From Octopus bimaculoides (lineage: Eukaryota), in contig NC_068989.1 of assembly GCF_001194135.2 (NCBI RefSeq), forward strand, positions 80,848,630-80,912,629: DNA of 64,000 nucleotides, given 5' to 3'. The notes under the pieces are model-generated. The model saw only the letters and a list, made by a program, of their open reading frames with translations, was not told the DNA's origin and did no database searches. This document shows positions 37,257-51,147 of this stretch, piece after piece. The first letter of the stretch is position 1; each line of letters begins with the position of its first letter. The position numbers and the translations under genes were made by a program.

Positions 37257-39971
37257 ATTAAATAAGACACATTGCAGTACAATGCAAACAACATTTTTCT
37301 TCATAAATAAATAAATAGAGAGAAAAGAAAAAAGAAAAATTTTCACTTGAAAATATGTTAAGTAAATTATCAACTTCTGGTCAAAGACATGACAAAGAAA
37401 ACTAAAACTGGTTTTGAAGTTGTATTTTCTCACACACCCACTATCTAAAGCTAGATCTGTCTACACGTGATCCTAGAAAATGCCACAGTATTTTTGTTTT
37501 TCCTATGAAAAAAAATTAGAGGAAGGACAGAGAGAGGGTGATTACGAGTGTAACTCACAACCGAGTGAGTCATTCAATTTAGAATTTGAAGTGATTACAG
37601 AGAACACAGTGGAACAAGATGGCACCTATGTAATATGAGAGACTGTGACCTGGTTTTGATACTAGGTCTATATTTATATTTTTGAGAGTTAGGGTAGTAC
37701 TCATGACCTTTTTGGGGGCCTCAAAGACTGGTGGGAATGAGGAAGGATAAAGCTATATGCAAACTTGAAACCTGATCAAAATGCTTGTCACAAAACGGAT
37801 TCTGCTAAAGGCAACCAAGAGCCTGGTGTTGGTGGTGTTGGATATTGTTTAAGAGCAGGTATGGCTATGTGGTAATGAAACTTGCTTCCTGACCACATCA
37901 TTTCAGGTTCAGTCCCACTGTGTGGCATCCTGGGCAAGGTTTTTTTGTTTTTTTGTTTTTTTTTTGTTTTTTTTACTATAGTTTCAGGCCAACCAAAATC
38001 TTGGATTCGGTAGACAGAAACTGAAAAGAAGAGTGTGAGTGACAAGGGAGTGTCTACACAACTTGGACAGAATAAACACCAGAAAGTACTTTTGTTTGAA
38101 TATACCAGTTTACAGGTTTTATAGCTAAAGTGTATATCTTTCACCAATACACATACATAACAGGTGTGGCTGTGTGGTAAGAAGTTTGTTTCCCAACCAC
38201 ATGGTACCAGGTTCACTCCCACTGCATGGCAACTTGGACAAGTGCCTTCAACTACCGCCTTGGGCCGACATGGTTTAGACCGACACATCAACCCCAGTGC
38301 ACATTTTCAGAGCCTGGCACTTACTGTATCAGACTCTGATGCTGAACTACTAAGTTACAGAGATGTAATCAAACCAACACCAGTTATCAAATGGTGTTGG
38401 AGATGAAACAAACCCAAGAACACACATAACAAGCTACCACACAGTTTCCATCTACAAATTCATTCACAAGGTATTAGTTGGACCAGGGCTACAAAAGAAG
38501 ACACTTATCCAAGTGTTACACAGTGGGACAACTCAAAACCACTTTATTGCAAAACGAGCTTCTTAATTACAAAGCTATGTTTTCACAGTATATTGTTAAC
38601 ACTTATTGTTTTCCAAGTAACTCAGAATATAATCCTGTTTGCCAATGTAAGAATTTCTCTTGTGACAACTATGCAGCAAAGTTTGTTCATATAGAACATG
38701 CATGTCTAAGTGGGAATAAATATTATGAATTGGTTTTAATATTACCTCCAACACTAATGTATATTTTTTAACAAGCTAACTGGCTAATCACAACACCAGT
38801 GCCTGTTTTGGTAGGGTCAATCTATACATTGCTGGCAGGGAGATGATTCACTGCTGTCTCTAGCACTGAGTGTCCATCACTGATAAGACCAAACAAGGTT
38901 GAAATCACATGATCTGATGGTCTTAGTACTGGATGTAGTAGGGATTTATCTCCCTGCTAGTAATATAAACAAGAGTGCATTTTGCACAAAAAAAAAAAAA
39001 AAAAAAAAAAAAGCCAATGTGAGAGTTTCTCATGATAAATACCGTAGTATAATTTGTTCTAAGAGAACATCTACATTTAAGTAGGGATAAATATTACCTC
39101 TTAGTAGTAATACTGCCTCTGTTGCTAAGGTATATTCATTCAACATTACCAAAAATAAAAATTAAAAAAGCATACACAAGTTCAAGACTATTTCACTCAA
39201 TCTAGCTCTCTTGCTAAATCCCATTATCTTCAAACATCATCCTTTCTTTAGATAATAATGGTATTTAAATGATAGCAAAATAACTGAAGATGTTTTATTA
39301 GATAACATTCGAAATTTTGTGTATGTGTGATAGTACCACAGAAGTTTTTAAGGGTTTTACACACACACACACACACACATACACATATATATATATATAT
39401 ATATATAAACACATTTAGTAGAAACTTTTAAGTGGTGCCTTCTTATGTATGTGTGTGTGTGTGAGTGTGGTATGGTGTTGAGGGTGCTTGCACACATATA
39501 AGTATAAATTATTTCATAACTATAGATGCAGTGCAACACAAATATGTGTAATAATGGCGGTTGAAGACAACACAGTATTTTGTGTTCCAACACAACATCC
39601 ACTTTTAAGTGGGGATTAATATTACTTTTGGTATTAATACTGCTTCTGTTGCTATCAATCATCTAACACTGGTTTGTTAAACAGTTTGAAACTACTAAAT
39701 TTAGTTCTTTCTAATTTTGGCATAAGGCTAACTATTCTGATGGGTGGGGCCAATCAGTTGCACCAGCCTCCAGTACTTGACTTGTACTTTTATTTTATCA
39801 ACCCTGAAAGGATGAAAGGCAAAGTTAACCTCAGCACAATTTGAGCTCTGAAAGTAAAAGAGCCAGAGGAATTGCAGCTGAGCATCTTCTCCGATGCTAA
39901 CGATTCTGTCAGCTTGCTACCTTGAAACTACTAAAAATAATGCTTCCATATAACAGATTTCTACCTCATTT

Positions 39972-40104
<133 letters not shown>

Positions 40105-40811
40105 TGTGACTGAGATGTGAGGAGTCTTTTTGAGGTGGCAAAGTGTAATTTCTGCAAAGTGCATTCAACATTCCAATGAGCTGTTCCCGTTGTAGATATA
40201 GATCAGTTGAAATCAGTACAGTGAATTTCAATGTTTTCTATCTGTGAGTTTCTTTTATTTTGTTTTGTGTTTCTCCTTTCCTTTGTAATGCAATGCCTCA
40301 TGGTGAGTGAGGGATTAGGGTATAGACTCTCAAAGGATAATAGCATTAATATAAGATTACCAGTCTTACTAGACACAATCAGCACCACCAACACTACCAT
40401 GCCATCTTTTAGAAAGAAACATGTGAAAGTTATTGGAGTAAAGTCAGAAGAGATTAGAGGTTACTATGACTGTGTTTGTACTACTGACTTTAAACTATTT
40501 CTTCTTCTATCATACCAAGACAGTGGTGAAAATGAGAGCAGAAGATATCTGAGTATACATACAACATTATTACCTTACTTGTATATTTCCAGTCTCCACC
40601 TCCATCATCACCAGCATCATCATTTAATGTCCATGTTACCTGTTTCATGCTGGCATGGGTTGGATGGTTTGACAGGATTCAATGGGCCCAAGGACTGCAT
40701 TATGTTTCAGTGTCTGCTTTGGCATGGTTTCTATGGCTGGATGCCCTTCATAATGCCAACCACATAACAGCAGGTACTGGGGGGGAGGGGGCTTTTTTGT
40801 ACCACCAGCAC

Positions 40812-41186
40812 CGTGTTGGCACTCTGTCGGTTACGACGACGAGGGTTCCATTTGATCCGATCAACGGAACGGCCTGCTTGTGAAATTAACGTGCAAGTGG
40901 CTGAGCACTCCACAGACACGTGTACCCTTAATGTAGTTCTCGGGGATATTCAGTGTGACAAGGCTGACCCCTTGAATTACAGGCACAACAGAAACAGGAA
41001 GTAAGAGTGAGAGAAAGTTGTGGTGAAAGAGTACAGCAGGGTTCGCCACCATCCCCTGTCAGAGCCTCGTGGAGCTTTAGGTGTTTTCGCTCAATAAACA
41101 CTCACAACGCCCGGTCTGGAAATCGAAACCGTGGTCCTATGACCGCGAGTCCACTGCCCTAACCACTGGGCCATTGCGCCTCCACT
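40812..41186 (-). mobile_element. SINE family C with TSD
   Basis: 10-bp TSD CCACCAGCAC at 40802-40811 and 41187-41196. Confidence 0.9.
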
Positions 41187-42693
41187 CCACCAGCACTATT
41201 AAGGTTACAATGCAGCTCACAAGACTTTGACCAGAGTGGTGTGGTGATGGTGGTGGTGGGCAACTTTATGGTAGAAGAATAATTAGAGAGAGGGAAAGTA
41301 TAAGAGAAAAGGATTGAAGCACAACAGGTCTTTTACTGTAGAAGAGCTACGTGACTACAAACATTTAACCAAAGAAGGTGGGGGGGATGACTGGGTGGAA
41401 CTGGAAAAGCAATATAAGTGGTGATGTAGAATCAGAAGTTTGTTTCTCAACCACATGGTTTGGGGTTCAGTCCCACTGCATGGCACCTTGGGTAAGAGTC
41501 TTCTATTATAGCCTCAGTCCGACCAGAGCTTTGAGAATGGATTTCGAAGATAGAAACAGAAAAAAGTCCATCATATTTTTGTATATGGTATGTTTGTGTG
41601 TCTATGCATGCACGCGCGCCACACAGTGGGACTGAACCCAAGAGCATATGTTTGGAAAACAAGCTTCTTAACCATGATGCCATGCCTGTGTATTACACAC
41701 AAACAGTTACACATAATTCTGTGACAAATATATCAGATTCTATACACTTCAACACAAGTCCTTTCATGTCTTTGGTACCACTGCTTTCGTATACTTGACT
41801 ACTGTGCAAACAGGGATATTTATTAGTAATCCTCTACCTCAAGTTTCTACAGATTACATATGCCAGTTCACTTTACTAGTCACCAAAGATATGATCTCTT
41901 CTCTTCTGATCTTTTTCTGAATGCCCTTAACCTAACCTAACCACAAACATAAATCCTAGGTGCAGCTTTAGCATAAACTTACTTCCCGGAGTTCATTTTC
42001 ATTATTCATCACCACCACCACCACCACCACCGTCCCAGTTGCTAACATTCCAAACACTACCACCTTAGGAACAGGAAGGAGATAGATAGGAATAATGGTA
42101 AAATCTTGAGAGCAGATGCTTATTTACTCCCCCAGGCTAGCACTGTCTAACAGAGATTATTTTCATTCAAACTTTACTGTTATTTATATACCTAATTCAC
42201 ACGTACACCACAAAGAAAAAACAGAAAATTTTCCATTATGTAACAAAAACAATTTAGATGTCTACAATATTCCAAATGTTTCTTAAAAAAATTTACTGGT
42301 TTTTCGTAGACTAAAATCCATGCAATAAATTACTGTTCCAAAATACCTATAATTCGTCCATATTGCCAGATGGTAACATTCTATCATGTATTCTCTTAAT
42401 GATATTTCTCTCGTATGTCATCACATAATCAACATGATTAATTATCTAGCTACAGTTACAATATATAGTTATAAAATGTGTGTTGGCAGGTAATGATGCA
42501 GAGAAAGTGATGAAATAAAGCATTTCTGAAAGAATATTCAAGAGAAATCAACAAGGGAGAACTGAAATAAATCACTGGATCTGGATGGGATTTGAACTCG
42601 AAATGTAAAAGGGCATATGGCGTAGTGGTTAAGAGCATGGTCTACTAACTCCAAGATTCCGAGTTCGATTTGATTCCAGGCAGTGACCTGAAT

Positions 42694-42767
<74 letters not shown>
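42694..42767. repeat. (AAC)n microsatellite running into a gap
   Basis: Seen directly. Preceded by a tRNA-like SINE head at about 42611-42690. Confidence 0.97.
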
Positions 42768-43395
42768 NNNNNNNNNNNNNNNNNNNNNNNNNNNNNNNNN
42801 NNNNNNNNNNNNNNNNNNNNNNNNNNNNNNNNNNNNNNNNNNNNNNNNNNNNNNNNNNNNNNNNNNNNNNNNNNNNNNNNNNNNNNNNNNNNNNNNNNNN
42901 NNNNNNNNNNNNNNNNNNNNNNNNNNNNNNNNNNNNNNNNNNNNNNNNNNNNNNNNNNNNNNNNNNNNNNNNNNNNNNNNNNNNNNNNNNNNNNNNNNNN
43001 NNNNNNNNNNNNNNNNNNNNNNNNNNNNNNNNNNNNNNNNNNNNNNNNNNNNNNNNNNNNNNNNNNNNNNNNNNNNNNNNNNNNNNNNNNNNNNNNNNNN
43101 NNNNNNNNNNNNNNNNNNNNNNNNNNNNNNNNNNNNNNNNNNNNNNNNNNNNNNNNNNNNNNNNNNNNNNNNNNNNNNNNNNNNNNNNNNNNNNNNNNNN
43201 NNNNNNNNNNNNNNNNNNNNNNNNNNNNNNNNNNNNNNNNNNNNNNNNNNNNNNNNNNNNNNNNNNNNNNNNNNNNNNNNNNNNNNNNNNNNNNNNNNNN
43301 NNNNNNNNNNNNNNNNNNNNNNNNNNNNNNNNNNNNNNNNNNNNNNNNNNNNNNNNNNNNNNNNNNNNNNNNNNNNNNNNNNNNNNNNNNNNNNN
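42768..43395. other. Assembly gap
   Basis: N run. Confidence 1.
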
Positions 43396-43673
43396 CACGT
43401 GTACCCTTAACATAGTTCTCGAGGACATTCAGCGTGACACAGTGTGACAAGGCTAGCCCTTTGGATTACAGGCACAACAGAAACAGGAAGTAAGAGTGAG
43501 AGAAAGTTGTGGTGAAAGAGTACAGCAGGGTTCGCTACCATCCCTTGCCGGAGCCTTGTGGAGCTTTAGGTGTTTTCGCTCAATAAACACTCACAACGCC
43601 CGGTCTGGGAATTGAAACTGCGATCCTATGACCGCGAGTCCTCTGCCCTAACCACTGGGCCATTGCGCCTCCA
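43396..43673 (-). mobile_element. SINE family C, 3' part lost in the gap
   Basis: Same head and body as the other copies. Abuts the N gap. Confidence 0.85.
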
Positions 43674-44029
43674 TAGAACTATATAAATATAAATAAAACA
43701 AAAACAATAACAAAGTGATGTAAAAAGAGAAAGGTAAGAAAAAGATAAAAAGAGGTTATTAGAAGGCAATATTTAAATGGAGGACACAAATTTAGGCACA
43801 GACATGGTACTCACAACAAATAAGAAAGACAATAGAAAATTGTTAAAAAATACAAAAGTTTGGTAGTCAAATAGTGATGCAGGTTATGGGGTGGTTTTGT
43901 TTTTTTTGTTTAGCACATTAAAAAATATTATTTATTAAAAATATGAAACACAGAAAAACACAAAGCAAAAATAAACAATTATTATAAATTGTTATCCTCA
44001 TCAACATCATCATTATTACTACTATCATC

Positions 44030-44064
<35 letters not shown>

Positions 44065-44079
44065 CATCATCAAGGTGTC

Positions 44080-44690
44080 AAGCAGGCAGAACTGTTGTTG
44101 CATCAGACAAAATGCTTAGTAGCAGTTCTTTCGACATAACGTTCTGAGTTCTAATGTTGCTGAGGTCAGCTTTGCCTTTCATCTTTTCAAGGTTGATAAA
44201 CCCCATTAAACACTAGGGATCAATGTAATCAACTAGCCCCTACCCAAAAATTTTAGGCCTTGTGCCTATAATAGAAAGGATTATTACTATTACCATCCTC
44301 ATTATTATTATTATTATGAAGGCAGCGAGCTGGCAGAATTGTTAGCACACCGGACAAAATGCTTAATGGTATTTTGCCTGTCACTGCGTTCTGAGTTCAA
44401 ATTCTGCTGAGGTCGACTTTGCCTTTCATCCTTTCAGGGTCGATTAAATAAGTACCAGTTGAGTACTGGGGTTGATGTAATTGACTATCACCCCCAGCAT
44501 CCCAAATTTCAGGCCTTGTGCCTAAAACGGAAAGGATTATTATTATTATCATTATTTTATTATCGTCATCATTATTAAGGTGACAAGCTGGCAGATCTGT
44601 TACAGTGCCAGACAAAATGCTTAGCAGTATTTCTTTTGACTCTACATTCCGAGTTCAAATGCTGCTGAGGTCAACTTTGCCTTTTCATTT
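44080..44690 (+). mobile_element. Three tandem family-A SINEs in (ATT)n tracts
   Basis: Copies at about 44080-44280, 44320-44540 and 44578-44690. Confidence 0.8.
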
Positions 44691-44884
44691 TATTCTGCAG
44701 CTGAGAGGGAAAAGGATACCAGTGGGTATTTAGTCGTGTACCACTGTCAATTTTACCTAACTGCCCCCACCCTTGCCACAACCTTGTCCAATAATTTAGG
44801 GATTTGATACCAATGTATAATTTTCACTGCTATAACTACATCAATTACAGGAAGTAGATTACACTGTATGGCATCCAGTCTGGA

Positions 44885-45090
44885 GGAGTATGTAGAGGAG
44901 GTTTAAAGAAGGTAGAAGAGGAAGAGAAAGTAGAGGAGGAAGCGGAGAGGAGGAAGAAGAGAAAGTAGAGGAAAAGACAGAGGAAGAGGCGGAGAGAAGG
45001 AAGAGAAGGCAAAGGAGGATGAGAAGATAGAGGAAGGGAGGAGGAAGAGAAGGCAGAGGAGGAAAAGAAAGTGGAGGAGGAGGAAATATG
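44885..45090. repeat. Purine-rich (GAG/GAA) low-complexity tract
   Basis: Almost pure A/G for about 200 nt. Confidence 0.9.
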
Positions 45091-47329
45091 ATAGGGCACC
45101 ACCACCACAAATTCCTGTGTCTGTGTTCCTTTAAATGCCAGACCTGTGACAAAGACATCGTCTAAATACAGATCTGTCATATAAAAGACTAGTTCATGTG
45201 GATGTTAACATGGATTTTATATGAAAAAGCACAGCTTCTTACTAGCTTTGTTCTTATAAAGAGAGAGAGAGAGAGAGAGAGAGAGAAGCTGCAATAGATA
45301 TATTGTCATTCAAGCTAATTTTTAGAAGCCATGAAACAAACTAAAACCACCAATATCAGTCAAAGCAAATTAATGAAAGCTTCAGAAAAGATTACAACAG
45401 AGTTCTAAATATTTTTATTTTGAAGATTGTCTTTTGCTTTTCCTAGAAACTTTCTAAAATTTTTATTGTACTGAATGATATGTAAGACAACTTCCTTTTC
45501 TTACTTCTTAAGATGCCATTTTTGTCCATGGAAAGATTTCAGCTCAACCCTATAAGCTAATAAATGAAATGAGGGAGCATCTATGTGGTCACCCAATTTG
45601 CAAGAAATAGAAGGCAAATCTCTCTCAAATGACACCTTAAAGAAAGGAGATAGCATAGTCCTAGAGATCACTAAAAACTTTGATTTTTGGTTTGTATATC
45701 TGAAATCAACATTGGCTGGTCACAACTGGAACAAATTTGATCATAGCTCTAAACAGGAACCAAACAATGATGTGTTGAAATGATTAAAACAATACATACC
45801 ACCCACCCACTTACCACTCACTCATTACAATGGCTTCTGGCATAATTTATATGTAATACTAACACTTAAAATTATTTCCATTCCTATCTGTACTTATACC
45901 AAATTTGATGAAATGCTATACTCAGGAGTCAAAATACTTGGGAAAGTCCTGACACACAAAATCCTGTGCATAAATTAATTCACATAAAAACAAGCAACTT
46001 GCACACAGCAAAGAGAAATTCAAACACGAAGAGCACAAACGTACTATACAAGCAAATCAGCGTGTGAACTGGAGGGTAAACATGGATAGGGGAAAAGCTA
46101 ACAGCTTTGTTTAAGCAGGTGAATACAGCAGTGTATGGCACATATTGACATAAGGTATTGTGAAATAACTCAACATCAAGGAAGGCATTTTTGAGAATCT
46201 GTTTCTGGCTTACCTTAGCCCTTTACGATGACGATTCCATCGATAGCTACAAACAAAGTATTTTGTCAGGCACATGAAAAGCATCAATGATATAACGACT
46301 ACATTTTCAATATAAAATACCTTTGACTACATAACCCTTTGAATTCATAATTTAATTAGTCTTATTTCAAAAGCTCATATTTGTTAACCATTTTCAACAA
46401 CCTTGAAATTTATTTAACCTAAGAAAACAATAAATATTTTGAGGATCAGTTGAAAAAAGATAGTGCTAACTGCCAGTCAATCATAAAGTCTAGGTGGACT
46501 TGCATTAGAGCTTTTGTTGTTTGTAACCAACTACCATCATTGTATTATAAAAACATCCTGCACAGTTTTATGGTTATGAAGTTTGCTTCACAACTACATG
46601 GTTTTGAAGTTCAGTCCCACTGTGTAACACCTTTGGAAAGTGTCTTCTATTATATCTTGAACTAACTAATGACTTATGAGTGTGATAGCAAGACAAAAAC
46701 TGCAAGGAAGCTCTGTGTGTGTGTGTGAGTATATATAACAAAGAATGAAGATGCATTATCAATAATTTATTTAGCTTACATATGTTTCAAACAGCTTAGC
46801 ATAATGCAACCTTTTCACATTGCAGTTTGCAGGTTTAGTCAGTCCTTCATTTGATCAATGAATTAGCTACAACTACAGAGCTACTAACTACTAAACTATT
46901 CTCCTCAAGGCTAACATAATTTATACAAACACACACACACATGCATGCATGTGTGTGAGAGTGTATGTGTGAACATGAATGTCAATTCTATATGTTGTCA
47001 TTATTACCATCTGAGCAAAAGGCAAAGGTATTTACTTTCTCCTTTCACAAACATTCCATTGTTCAATGGAGACAGGAAGACCAGGGGAATGCAAAAATTT
47101 CCTTACTTGAAAAACAAGTTAGAATCAGCAACAAAAGGAGCATCAGGTCATACAAAATCTCTTTCAACCACTTTTATGGGTGGGATTACAAAGTAGCTCT
47201 CTCTTTTGACTTGTTCAGCAACAATTCTCTACATAGCACAGAAATTATAGATAAAACGCTTTGCAGTATTTATTCAGAGTTCAAACCCTGCCAGAGTCAA
47301 CTTTCATTCCTCCAGAGTTGAGGGGTTGC

Positions 47330-47495
47330 GCAGGTGCAGAAGTGGCTGTGCGGTAAGTAGTTGCTTACCAGCCACATGGTTCTGGGTTCATTCCCACTGC
47401 GTGGCATCTTGGGCAAGTGTCTTCTACTATAGCCTTGGGTCGACCAAAGCCTCGTGAGTGGATTTGGTAGACGGAAAACTGAAGGAAGCCCGTCG

Positions 47496-47576
<81 letters not shown>

Positions 47577-47760
47577 TTCTGTGTCTGTTCCCCCAGCATC
47601 GCTTGACAACCGATGCTGATGTGTTTACGTCTCCGTAACTTAGCGGTTCGGCAAAAGAGACCAATAGAATAAGTCCTGGGGGTCGATTTGCTCGACTAAA
47701 GGTGGTGCTCCAGCATGGCCACAGTCAAATGACTGAAACAAGTGAAAGAGTAAAAGAGAG
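47330..47760 (+). mobile_element. SINE family B (CORE-like domain, internal (TG)n), full length
   Basis: tRNA-like head, GGCA.CTTGGGCAAGTGTCTTCTACTATAGCC (resembling the CORE domain), (TG)n, and tail ggtgctccagcatggcc.cagtcaaatgactgaaacaagt. Confidence 0.85.
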
Positions 47761-48466
47761 AGAGAGTCTGGTATTGGGTTTAATGGTATCAGCCTCCAAA
47801 CTTCAAAACTGCTGGCCTTGCACCTAAATAAAGGACCACCTCTACCATCACCTTCATCATCATTATCATTATTCTTATTATTATTATTCCATCTTTGCAT
47901 TCTGAATTCAAATTCTGCTGAGGTAGGATTTGCCTTTCATCCTTTTGGAGTCAATGAAATAAGCACCACCTGGGTACAGAAGTCGATATAATCAACTAGT
48001 GCCCTACCCAACCAAAATTTCAGGCCTTGTGCCTATAGTAGAAAGGATTATTATTATTATTTTCCTTTTTGTTCTCCTGGGTTATCTATGTCATGTCTCA
48101 GTTCCTTCTCACAGCTTAGAGAAGCAACACTTTTTCTCAACATGTGCTGTTCAAAATATTGCTGCCAACTGTGAACTTTGCTAGGTCTTCGTACTTCTCG
48201 ACTTCCTTGCTCTATCTTTATTATTATTATTATCGCTATCATCATCATCATCTATTTTAACATGGTTTAAGATCTTAATCAAATATATAGTACCTGATAC
48301 CTTGGTTGCTTGTAGTGGAGTCCATGCTAATGCTATTGTAAGCACTTTGGACCAGGTCTTTGGACTGAGGATATTTTCATTCCCCCCCCCCCTCTACAAG
48401 CCCTGTAAAGAGTCACAGGCAGTTTCTTTCTTCCTGACTAACCAAAAAAAAAAAAATCATACAACT

Positions 48467-48810
48467 TCAGACAGAGAGTACCATTTGCAGGATGTTGGCA
48501 GTTCCAAGAAGTGCTGATTTATGTAAAGATACAATGTTGGATGTTATATTTAGCTCATTGATACAGGATTGTTGACTTGTTAGGAATGGAGCCAAGGGCA
48601 TCAATTGCTACTGGCATTAATCTAGTCGGTGTGTTTCACATTCTTGAAATTTCCAACCGATATTCCGAATAATTAACAATTTTCTTATGCTCTTTGCCAG
48701 CCATGTTGTGGGTCACCTGGAATGGCAACATCTTATAAAGTAACATTTTCATGCCTCTTCTCAACCTAAACAATATCCAGTCAATAAACTACTGCTTTAT
48801 CTGTATGGCT
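48467..48810 (-). mobile_element. 3'-end relic of an R4/Dong-like RLE non-LTR retrotransposon
   Basis: Stitched translation: DKAVVY*LDIV*VEKRHENVTL*DVAIPGD..KEHKKIVNYSEYRLEISRM*NTPTRLMPVAIDALGSIP..LHKSALLGTANILQMVLSV*. This matches the R4/Dong C-terminal pattern (PDIV, D.A.P.D, EK..KY, MW, GALG, K.ALLGT..IL). Confidence 0.75.
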
Positions 48811-49288
48811 ACAAAATTCCCATAAAATTTCTGCACCTATATACACACCAACACAACCACACATGTCTATGTGTAGGTGCGTGTGTACACACATATGTTG
48901 AGCTTGTTTTAAGTTTCATTTTAAGTATTTGTTTATTGTTGCATGGTACCTATTTATTACAATCAAGTCTTAAAAGTTTATTATGTTTATAATGCTTTTT
49001 TTTATTATTATAACTCTGAGATTTTCTAAAGTTTGATAGAATAGTTTGATATCAACCTACTTTCTGTTTTAATCATGTATTTCAGTAAAAAAATAGAAGT
49101 CAGTACTGAGATTGAGGGGTACAATTTGGTCCCAGTTGAATGGTCCCAGTTTGAATGTATGTTGGGATAGGCAGAAATATTTATGCTTCTAGCTTGGGTT
49201 CCAACCTCTCACACCACACCACTCAACCCAGATCAAATTACAGCCCTCAATCTTGCCATCAACTTCTACTTTTAACCATTATAAACAG

Positions 49289-49353
49289 ATGGCAAACTTC
49301 CAGATTTGCGAGTGGAATTAGAGGATAGAAACTGTACAGAAACCTGTCGTGTT
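49289..49353 (+). CDS. Candidate internal exon, (D)GKLPDLRVELEDRNCTETCRV, antisense to the large intron
   Basis: Acceptor cttctacttttaaccattataaacAG, open frame, and tandem GTGAGT donors at 49354 and 49358. Confidence 0.4.
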
Positions 49354-50237
49354 GTGAGTGAGTTCACATGTCATTTCCTTTTCTTTATTCAAGACCTTCT
49401 AGGTTAAAAGCAGTGATGTCATGTTTTCATTCTCACTGAACAGTATGTCCAGAAGCTGTGTGCTTTCAAAGTTTAGAGGAATAAAAGTAAGAGTTGGCAA
49501 CAGGAAGAGCATCTGGCTGTAAAATACAACCTCAAATGAATATCCATCCAACCCATTCCAGTACACAAAGAAAAGAGAGAACGGTCCATTTTAGGATAAA
49601 ATTATATTGTATTTTAGTGAAGGCACATGGCTTAGTAGTTAGGGTGTTTGACTCACAACTGTAAGGTCTTGAGTTTGGTCCCTGGTGGCACAATGTGTCC
49701 TTGAGTAAAATGCTTCATTTCACATTGCACCAGTACACTCAGCCAGCAAAAATCAGTTTTACCTATATTTCAAAGGACCAGTCATGTCATGTTCTGTATT
49801 ATGCTGGATCTCCCTTGGAACTATATTATCGGTACATGTGTCAGTGGAGTGCTCAGCCACTTGCACATTAATTTCACAAGCAGGCTAGGCTATTCCATTG
49901 ATCAAATCAACTAGCATACTCATCGTTGTAACCAATGGGGTGCAAGATGAAAGTTAGTCAAGTATATTTTATTTGACGATATACAAAAGTGCACTTTTTC
50001 TTCTTTTTTTTTTTTCAAAAATAAGGTCTCAAAAAAATACCACCCCAAGTTCTATATGCAAAGTTGCTTTAAACATTACATGTTTTAATGCAGTAAAAAC
50101 TTCTTTTTCTGAATATGCACTGCTGAAGTAAGGGTGCATCTTATATGCCTGCATGTCTTTTATGCTATCAGCTACTGTAGATAGATACAATAGTGCAGAT
50201 CTAAACACAAATTACAAAATAACAGAATGGTACTTAC

Positions 50238-50863
50238 GAGGCATTCTTGGACTCTTGGTGAAGACGGCTATATTTTACATTGGCAACTGGCTTTTCACCT
50301 TCCATACGTAACAAAGGTCCCATCTCTGCACCAAGACTTTTCTTGGCATTTTCAAGAGCCCCTTGACCCAATCGCTGTGCGACAGGAGGATTTGGAATAT
50401 TTTCATTGTTGCCATAGTTGTGGAACAAAATATCCACAGTGCCATGGTTTCGGTCAGCATAATGTTGAGCATCTTCGCCTTTCAGCTTTGGTATGGGACG
50501 ATCAATGATATCTAACTCTCCATATTTATCCATTAGGTTACGCATAGCTTCACCTTTGTTGCTTTCAGCTGTACGAAAACTTTCACTTTGATTAACTACT
50601 GGAGGCTGGTTTTCAGAACTGCTCAATCCACCACCCATTACTTCAGCCATGCATCCTTTATTAAGGTCATAATTGCGTTTAGCTTCTGCTGTTCGGAGAC
50701 GTACGCCACCTCTAGGAGAAGCATCACCATTCTGTGTGTTGCTGGTACCAAATAAATTTCCAGTTCCATCACGGACTCTTAAAGCGTATGCTTGGGCTTC
50801 AGCACTGCGACGAGGATGATTTTTTGATTTCAGTTTATATTCAGTTCCATTCATTGCAGACAT
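50238..50863 (-). CDS. First coding exon of an uncharacterised repeat protein (MSAMNGTEY...RLHQESKNAS)
   Basis: 626-nt repeat-free ORF with protein-like composition. ATG at 50863 has A at -3 and two in-frame upstream stops. Acceptor tttatttgtttccatttccAG precedes a 58-nt 5'UTR segment starting at 50921. Strong phase-2 donor ...gcc tc|GTAAGT at 50237. Confidence 0.88.
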
Positions 50864-51115
50864 GTTGCTTTGTGGTCATTCAAAATATATTTAACAGCAG
50901 TAGAAAATGGAGATCAAAATTCTGGAAATGGAAACAAATAAAGAGATAATTAAAATGACATTTTGAAAGAAAAAAGAAAAAAAACTATAATAGACAATTT
51001 GGTGACAAAAGGATTAACAGCTTGGTTGCATGCTTCAGATCCGGTTCAAGCCCACAGTCTCTGATCAATGGCTTTGTGGATCAAATTTGAGAGAAACTAT
51101 ACAAAGCCTAGGCAT

Positions 51116-51147
<32 letters not shown>

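Noticed and set aside
40345-40402. 36-nt phase-2 exon-like segment on the minus strand
   Set aside because: A weak donor context and many such chance matches are expected in a 27-kb intron.
45583-45783. 66-aa plus ORF faintly resembling an RTE reverse-transcriptase tail
   Set aside because: The similarity is too weak to support by eye.
50030-50180. Possible decayed TcMar/pogo MITE end (gggtgcatcttatatgcc..tactgta)
   Set aside because: No matching opposite TIR or TSD was found.
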